64,000 nt of DNA from Chrysomallon squamiferum. Lineage: Eukaryota > Animalia > Mollusca. The position numbers and the translations under genes were made by a program. Shown here piece by piece: positions 53,694-64,000 of this stretch; positions within the stretch are counted from its first letter, which is position 1, and every line of letters starts with the position of its first letter. The notes below the pieces were generated by a model. That model was given only the letters and a program-made list of their open reading frames with translations. It searched no databases and had not been told where the DNA came from. The stretch is from positions 4,588,001 through 4,652,000 of the forward strand of contig CM022679.1 of NCBI GenBank assembly GCA_012295275.1. The letters run 5' to 3'.

Positions 53694-53793
53694 AAGAATT
53701 TAGCGAAATAAAGGAAAATAGAAGAAAAGAATTTAGCGAAATAAAGGAAAATAGAAGAAAAGAATTTAGCGAAATAAAGGAAAATAGAAGAAA
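53694..53793. repeat. 33-bp tandem repeat, 3 units
   Basis: aagaatttagcgaaataaaggaaaatagaagaa repeated three times. Confidence 0.9.
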
Positions 53794-54009
53794 AAAAAAT
53801 TAACTGAGAAAGATAGAAATGGAAAAAGACTGTGTGTTTATTTGTACGTTTGGGTGTATGTGTATACGTGTGTTCTGTGTGTACTGTGTGTGTGTTTGTG
53901 TGTGTATGTGTGTATGTGTTTGTGTGTAGGTGTTTGCATGTGTGTGTGTGTTTCTACCATTATGTTTGCCTTTAATTAATTGGTTAACAGATTTGATCTC
54001 CCTTGATTG

Positions 54010-54234
54010 ATACACTGAGCTATTTCTCAAGTGCTCTGCATCTGGTGTAACAAAGGCTGTGGTCTGTGCTGTCTTGTAAGTGGGACGATACATATACAAT
54101 TAGGAAAGAGTAGCACATGAAGTGGCAGTAGCCCGCAGGATGTATCTCCCTCCACCTGTGTGGTCCTTACACTTACACCCGTAAACAACCGGATTGACTG
54201 AGTCGCCAAATAAAACATTTCCTTTCTTCCTTTC
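54010..54234 (+). mobile_element. Decayed SINE body and 3' tail, mollusc type
   Basis: gagctatttctc..tggtgtaacaaaggctgtggtctgtgctgtc..gtgggacg..gagtagcacatgaagtggc..tgtgtggtcctta..aaataaaacatttcctttc resembles a gastropod SINE family recalled from memory, not searched. Confidence 0.5.
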
Positions 54235-56112
54235 ACTTACTAACACCTGTAATTCGACATCCTCATCTCACCGTCTCAGTGTCTGCATTACCATTTGATA
54301 ATCTGCTTTTCTTGATCATGGTAACAACATACGACAGTATAAACTTACTAGAGACAAAGATACGAAGTGTTTGCCTGGTTATCGTGGTCATAGATTTACG
54401 GTTTGCTAATCTAATGTCCATGGCAATAGCAACACCAAAAACCAGAGCACGAAAGTTTAAAATCATGTGTCAAATTTCAGTCTCAGTTTTCACGATTGAC
54501 CTTTTTTTTTCTCTCTCTCTTTTTTTTTTTATGTATAAAACTGATTTTGAAACTTGAGTTAAGGGATTTTTGTGTGTGACCCCAGGATATTTGCAGGATA
54601 TTTATTTATTTATTTGAAAATATTCTGATGGTAACCTAAGATGGTCTTCGTAATTGTCTTCGATTAACATTAAAGTTTAATGGTAAATGTACAAAATCAC
54701 AAGGAGTTTATGTAATACATTGTCACGACATACGAAAACGATGCTACACGTCTTTGGTACGTGTATTTCTAGTGGTTTTTAATTTCTGCTGTGAAATAAA
54801 AGGTTTTCATCCTGTTCGTGATGAAAGTATACTCGAACTACTGGAAGAGAATTTTAAGTGTTAAAATAAACAACAGACGTGTAATTTTACATGAACTTGG
54901 CAGAACTCCAACTAAAAATTAAGAATAGCTACGTTTTGGCCAAGACATTTAAAAACAAAGAATTTGTTTTTTTTTGGTTCAGTCAACATGTAAATAACAT
55001 AGAACTATTTTTGTGATAGATAGCTTCATTTAAGAAAGAGATAATCTTTTAAATAATTCTTCTAAATTTAAAATGTGTATGTATGTGTGTGTGTGAGTGT
55101 GCGTGCTTAAAAGTATTCAAAAATGTCTTTGCCGGATTGTTATAGTATAGTTACTAGCAGGGGCGGATCTGTTATGAAACAAAAGAAGCTTAAGTTTCAA
55201 GGATCTTAATACAGGATGGGCCCCCATAAATGACTTTAATCCATATTGCTTAAACAATTTTAAATCAAATCTGAGATACCGTGGTTATTATTATTATTTT
55301 TATTATTATTATTTTTTTAATTATGGTATTCTGTCTTGGAACAAGCCCATTGAAGAAGAAGATAGAGGTTACCCAGACCGCGTTGCTTTTTGCGAAGGAC
55401 TCCCATAAAAGCCATCACACTTCAAGCTTCAGGACCTTCAAAATGTAAGTCTGACATTGCTTACTATCAGATTTCGAATTTCTGCCATACATACATAGTT
55501 AGTTGGGTTCCAGCCAGTATACGGGTAGGTGTGCTTAAAAGATTTCTTGCTGGTAATTCGTTAGAGTCTGTCTCAGTGAGATTCTTTTCTCAGATTTTTA
55601 TTATCTGTATTTATCGTAACGGCCTTTCGTATCAAAATACGTTCAGTTTCAATACACAAATATCGATCTCTTCTACGGATTTGTGTCTGAAACGTTATGT
55701 TTCTTTTTACCATAATCTTGACATACAAACCGACTGCATTGCATTATAGACATAATGAATGATCTGAAAAACAGATTCTTTACTCTAACCCATTTCACAC
55801 AAGGTTTATACTCAGTTGGGCGTTGCTTTAATGAATAATATACACAAACGGGAGTCGTTTTAAAAAGGGTGTTGTTTGATATTACCATCATAATGCATTG
55901 TTCGATATACGGGAAAGTTTTGAAAAGTGAAAGGCAGACAATGACACCCCGCTGATATTCTTACATTTTAAAACTGCTGATTTCTTTTTCTTTCTTTTTT
56001 TTTTTTTTTTTTTTTACGACGTCAGCTCGAAAACCGGTTATGTATTACTGCATCGTGTTAAGTTTTGTTCCACTCGAACGACGCCAAGGCGTATCCTCCT
56101 TGAATTCGCGAC

Positions 56113-58185
<2,073 letters not shown>

Positions 58186-58260
58186 GATCGCGTGAAGGAA
58201 CTGGTGTTTTAATGACGTAATATCCGTTAGAAGAACTTTGGTACTGGTTTAAAGTGTAGT

Positions 58261-58292
<32 letters not shown>

Positions 58293-58944
58293 CCTAAGTT
58301 TGTTTGTGTATGATATTAATTTATATTTTGTGCCAAAAGACAATGTTGTTTTATTTCAGGATGTGTACCATGTCTGAGGAGGTTAATCTCAAAGGACTTG
58401 TATTTGTACATATTGTCTAGAACATAATTTTTTACAACGAAATATGGTTGTTAGCATTAAACTGTGATGTTTCTTTTTTTTCTTCTTCTTCTTCTAGAAT
58501 TATTTTATTTCTTTTTACAAAATAGTTTTTACATCAGTTATGATGCTTTCGGGATAAATCATAGTTTTTTATTATTTTATTTCCTTAATGTTTTTATTTT
58601 TATTATTTCTATTTCTTCTTTTTTCAATTTTTTTTTATAACATTAATGTATATGCTGATGGTTGCTAGACCATTGTTTTCAAGATGACAAGAACGAACTG
58701 TTTTTCAATCCTTTCCTTTCAATTTTTCTTTTCTGTTTGTTTTTTTCTGGGTTTTTTTTTATTTGTTGTTGTTTTTTCTCAGTTTTTATTACTTACAGTA
58801 TTACGTAATTTTTGTTATTTAACAGATACTTAATATTACAAAATTTAGGACACTGTTTTATTAAAGAAAAAATAAAGTAAATGTTTAGTTTTATTTAATT
58901 ATCGTTTTCTCTGTGTGTGTGTGTCTTAATCTTGCATTTATATA

Positions 58945-59195
58945 CATTACAAATATATCTGTTATACAGGGGAGAGTTATATCACGTTACAAACACATCT
59001 GGTATTCAGGGGATATGTATATATATCACCTCTGTATGTTACAAACACATCTGATATACAAGGGAAAGTTATATCACGTTACAAACATATCTGGTATTCG
59101 GGGGATATATATATATATATCACCTCTGTATGTTACAAACACATCTGATATACAAGGGAGAGTTATATCATGTTACAAACACATGTGGTATTCAG

Positions 59196-59232
<37 letters not shown>

Positions 59233-59308
59233 TCTCTGTATGTTACAAACACATCTGACATACAAGGGAAAGTTATATCATGTTACAAACATATCTGGTA
59301 TTCAGGGG

Positions 59309-59339
<31 letters not shown>

Positions 59340-59415
59340 CACGTTACAAACATATCTGGTATTCAGGGGATATATATATATATATAATGTTACAAACACA
59401 TCCGGTATACAGGGC
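58945..59415. repeat. Compound minisatellite: alternating gttacaaacacatctgatatacaaggg and gttacaaacatatctggtattcagggg subunits with variable (TA)n
   Basis: About four higher-order units of roughly 95-115 bp; explains ORFs 58913..59485 and 59170..59451. Confidence 0.88.
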
Positions 59416-60543
59416 AGATTTATGTCAATCATGTATGTGCTCAAAACTTAGAAATATTGTTGATGTGAGAACAAAGGTTATTTAGGCATATTTGATAAAA
59501 AAAAAAAAAAAGTTTTTCTCCTTTTTCGTCGTTTCCTTACTTGCAAAAGGTAAAACAAAGCACAGATGTTTGAGTATATACTGACATAGGTGCTTGCATG
59601 AAGACACACGCACATACACACATACACACACATACATACATGTATATACATATATATGAATATACATATATATGAATATACACACGTACATAAATGTATA
59701 TATATGTATGGACATATAAAAACCACACACACAAAGGTATCAATGCTTACGTACTCAGATCTGCATACTCGGAATATCAGTGGCTATTTTTTGTTTTTTA
59801 ACCTATTTTACAAACTTGTATCACTTTCCACTCAGTGATTCACAGGTATTCGAGGAGATAAAGAAACAGAAACGATGCTAGATAAATAAGAAATTCAATA
59901 CTGTCCACCAAGCAATGAAAAAAGATACATTGTCGTGAAAAGAATGTATATTTATATGTCTGCTTATGGCGCATTCACACATGACCGATTTCAGATAACG
60001 AGCTTTTTGCCTTTCGTTCGTTGTGAACCCTTGTACATGGGTACACCGTTCGAGTATTGTGAGCGCATTCGCTAAAACAACTTGTGTGTTTATGGCTTTG
60101 TTATTTGCATTCAAAAAAAAAAAAAAAACGCCTTTTCTTTTCTTAACCCACAGGGTCGTTCACAACGGGCAACTGCTTAACCTAGTTTGATTAACAGTTG
60201 TCTACCCTTTCTTGAGCTGGTCGATGGGTTTCTTTGGGTGTGTCTCCTTATATAAGTGTTTGTATATAGTGTATGAATGGGCGTGTACGGGTGTGGAATC
60301 GAGTAGTGTGTTAATTTCGGTTTCCGTGAATTGCATTCAAAAGATTTCATTTATGAAATTAAAAATATTTATCATGTTTTTAGGTGTTTTTTTTTTTATC
60401 AAAATAATTTTTTTTATAGTTTCTTTTCCACACGAATTTATTAATCTGTTAATTAATTTAATTGATTTATTTACTTACTTACTTATTTTTTATTTTATTT
60501 TACTTTATTTATCTATTTATTTTATTTTACTTTATTTATCTAT

Positions 60544-60580
<37 letters not shown>

Positions 60581-60908
60581 AAAAAAAGCATTCACAGACG
60601 TCAAATATCTGGTAAATTCTCACGCACTGTTATGTCGTTCCGTGTTATTAAACAAGCGTTTACTTACAACATATCACATAAAATAGACCCATAGTGAATT
60701 GTACCCGCCTTCCTGTACTAAGTATACCCTGCACGCATCAGTGACCGCCACGCTTCGACGGAGACAGATTTGCTAGGTCACTTACAAGTCACCTCTTCAT
60801 CAACAATTTATCAATTACTCAATGCGACGGTTCCAGGGGCGAGTTAAATGTAAAACTACAGTATAAGTTTATATTATACCCTTCCAAATAAATCAACAAA
60901 CAAACATA

Positions 60909-60967
<59 letters not shown>

Positions 60968-61305
60968 AAGCTGGTAATGATTAATAATTGAGAATATGTT
61001 GCTACTGAAAGTCCACTTTAAAAGCTTAATGGAAATTTAAACCAAAAAAAACAAACAAAACAAAACAAATTTGTTATTAATAGAACCATTTTCTTCCCTA
61101 CCCCTAAAATTTCATGCGGTTCTTTCCTTAAGAAAAAAAAAAACAGTTTATTTTGTTAATAAGGCCACTTAGATAATAGAAAAAATAACAATGATAATAA
61201 AATAATAATGATAATAATTAAGCCCTCAAAACACTTGAAAACATTGTTCACACTATGTTATACGTAAAAACCTCACAGTCGTTGTTGTCATAGCTGCTGA
61301 ACATC

Positions 61306-61868
61306 ATGCCGATGTGGTCTGAAAATACCAAACTTTACAAAACAGGAGTTATCGGCATTTTCATCAGTTTTGGAATTTTCGTGGCGGGATTTGGAACTCC
61401 GGCATGGCAGCAGGTTGGAATCATGGGAAAACTGATGTTCGAAATTGGTCTCTGGCAGTGGTGCTACGGCAAAACGACAATGTCTAACTGCCGATACTTC
61501 GATTTTGAAAAGCGTCAGTATTATTTGTGATCTATATGTCTGTTTGTCTGCCTGTATGTACGAGTGTATGGGTATGTGTGTGTGCGAGAATGTGTGTGTG
61601 TGTGTGTGTGTGCATGCGCGTGCGTATGTGTGTGTGTGTGTGTGTGTGTGGTTTATAAGAAAAACAAGGATTATGTGTGGTGACAGATTTACACGTGTGT
61701 GTGACTGTTATTTAAATATATCCAGTATATAATCGATTCAGACAGGGATACGAAAAGGGCGACAAATATTTTGACTCTCTGATTTTGAAGAAAGCGTTAT
61801 GTATAGTATGATTATATACTTTGTGTGTGTATCTATATTCACTTATATACACGTGTGTGTGATTGCGT

Positions 61869-61902
<34 letters not shown>

Positions 61903-63670
61903 TGGTCATGTATACTGTGTTATAATAAAAACAAATTACGTGAATATATATAACTCAAATTTATCTTTCTTAGGGAAAAATGAAAACGTCTAATTCCTGC
62001 TACTTAGATTTCAAAGAATATATTGTGTGATATAATTATACTTGAGTAAAACATTTATGTTGTGTCTGTGTATATGTACGTTTATTTGTTGTGGCATTCT
62101 AGTTTTACTTTTAATGTATTTTATTTGTATATATGTTGATCTCGACAAGACACATTACCTTAAAACGGTGTCTAACTATCGCTGTTTGAAAACATTATAG
62201 ATAGGTATTTATGTATATATATATATATATCGCTGATTCGATTTTGAAAACATTATATATATATATATATATTTGTATACGTGTGACATAAGTATAATAT
62301 TACATTTTCGAGAAATTATTACACGGGTTTTTTTTTTTTATTTCAGACAAGCCTACGAGTGTTGTTCGTGGTGTAGAAATAGCAGCGTTTGTTGTTCACC
62401 TAGCGACTGTGATAAACGTCTTGTTAAACTTGAAGTTCCCAGAAAGAAGTCCGAAGTCTATTGTAGTGCTTGGTGTCTTTACAGGTGATGCGTGTGCATG
62501 TGCGTGAGCGTGTGCTCGTTCATGTGCATTGGCGAGTGTGTGCTTGAGTGTATATTTAACACTAATAAGTCTGCATCTTAGGATAAATTTTAAAATGAAT
62601 AATTTATTGGCTTGTCATATGAGATTTGGCTTTCCATATGGGTAATACCAGCGGCGAATCCATTTGGTAATTTAAAGTTTCAATCCAATCTTTTGAGTTA
62701 ACAGAAATAAATGTGGCAGCTGTGATTACCCGATACTATTTCACCTTTCACCTTGTGTTCATACACTTTGATATATTCACGGTTTTGATACTATTTCACC
62801 TTTCACCTTGTATTCATACACTTTGATATATTCAAGGTTTTGATACTATTTCACCTTTCACCTTGTATTCCTACACTTTGATATATTCACGGTTTTGATA
62901 CCATTTCACCGTTCGCCCTGTATTCATACACTTTGATATATTCAAGGTTTTGATACCATTTCACCTTTCACCTTGTATTCCTACACTTTGATATATTCAC
63001 GGTTTTGATACCATTTCACCTTTCACCCTGTATTCATACACTTTGATATATTCAGGGTTTCGCATACGAACCTCGGAGACACTGTCATTAACCCCCACCA
63101 TGAATCTAGAACCTCCCTAGCGAAATATTGAACACTGTTTACCTATAAGTGTTAAGCACACAGTAAGAGTGTGCGACCTTGCACGAGCTTACCCACTACG
63201 TTCGACCCAATTCTAAGTAAAGACTGTAGTGTCTTGTAAAATATGAGAAAATCAGTGAACGGGTGCGTAAATTGAGAAGTATTCTGAGTACGAAATAAAT
63301 ATGAAACATATACCTTGCTTAAATCACAACGTTTCATTTGAACATGAAAACAGACCCCAGTCTAACACAGAACAAACACGCGTTTGAATATACTGGACAG
63401 GTTTAACAATAATTTATAGTTTGAGATAAAAAAAAAAAAGCCATTCCAAATTTTCTACAGAGCAAAGGTAAATAAGTATGCACTAATATCTAGGCGATGA
63501 GTAATAAGAAAGCTAACTCGGTTCTTCACACACACAAATAAAAAAAAAACGAACTCCAGTTACACTAAAGAGTTACTTCCCTTCCATTGAATATAGTAGC
63601 TATGACGTGATTTATTTCATTTTATTCTATTCTGTTCTATTTTTTTTATTCTATTCTATTATTATTATTA

Positions 63671-63702
<32 letters not shown>

Positions 63703-64000
63703 GTTGTTTGTTTTGTTTTGTTTTTGTTGTTTTTTGGGGGGTTTGGTTAATTTTCTGTTTGATTGTTTCGAGGTTTTATTTATTTATATAATATTCGATT
63801 TTTGTTTCATTTATTTAATTTCACTTTCATAATTTTGAAATAAAAAAAAAAAAAAAATTTTTTTTTTATTTTTTTTTTTTTTTTTTTTTTGAGGATCCAT
63901 ATTTTTTTTAATTAATTTTCTTCTTCGTCTTCCTGTTATTATAATTTTTTTTTTTTTTTTTTTTTTTTTGTCTAGGTATAATCGGGTTAGTGGGAGAAGC
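61306..64000 (+). CDS. Claudin-like tetraspan protein copy K (divergent, 3'-partial); exons 61306-61513, 62347-62484, 63976 to beyond 64000
   Basis: MPMWSENTKLYKTG..GFGTPAW..IGLWQWC..C; exon 2 HKPTSVVRGVEIAAFVVHLATV..VFTG; tctag|GIIGLVGE at the window edge; phases match the other copies. Confidence 0.85.
62732..63060. repeat. 55-bp minisatellite, 6 units, intron 2 of copy K
   Basis: gatactatttcacctttcaccttgtattcatacactttgatatattcacggtttt at 62732, 62787, 62842, 62897, 62952, 63007. Confidence 0.93.

Noticed and set aside
58913-59838. Repetitive ORFs of up to 190 aa
   Set aside because: Translations of a minisatellite and TA/CA microsatellites

Overview
AT-rich, microsatellite-dense, intron-containing animal genomic DNA; repeat types and gene content suggest a mollusc, probably a gastropod (inference). 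From 12.3 kb to the window end there is a head-to-tail array of 11 paralogues (labelled A-K here) of a 3-exon, four-transmembrane PMP22/EMP/claudin-superfamily gene (W-x-GLW-xx-C-x-C loop 1, SWS before TM4, both introns phase 1). A-G are a young, near-identical subfamily with variable extracellular loops and a PPAY tail; H-K are older and divergent. B, C, E, G, H and J are intact, K runs off the window, A has an internal deletion, D is frameshifted, F is an orphan exon 3 and I has two 1-nt insertions. Embedded in the array are a minus-strand class A GPCR with an intronless CDS, a decayed two-exon cadherin fragment, a minisatellite that multiplies the exon-2 splice donor, SINEs and a Tc1/mariner deletion derivative. 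Before a 200-N gap, the first 660 bp encode the C-terminal half of an NRPS-type condensation-like domain with one in-frame stop. All calls were read by eye; no searches were run.
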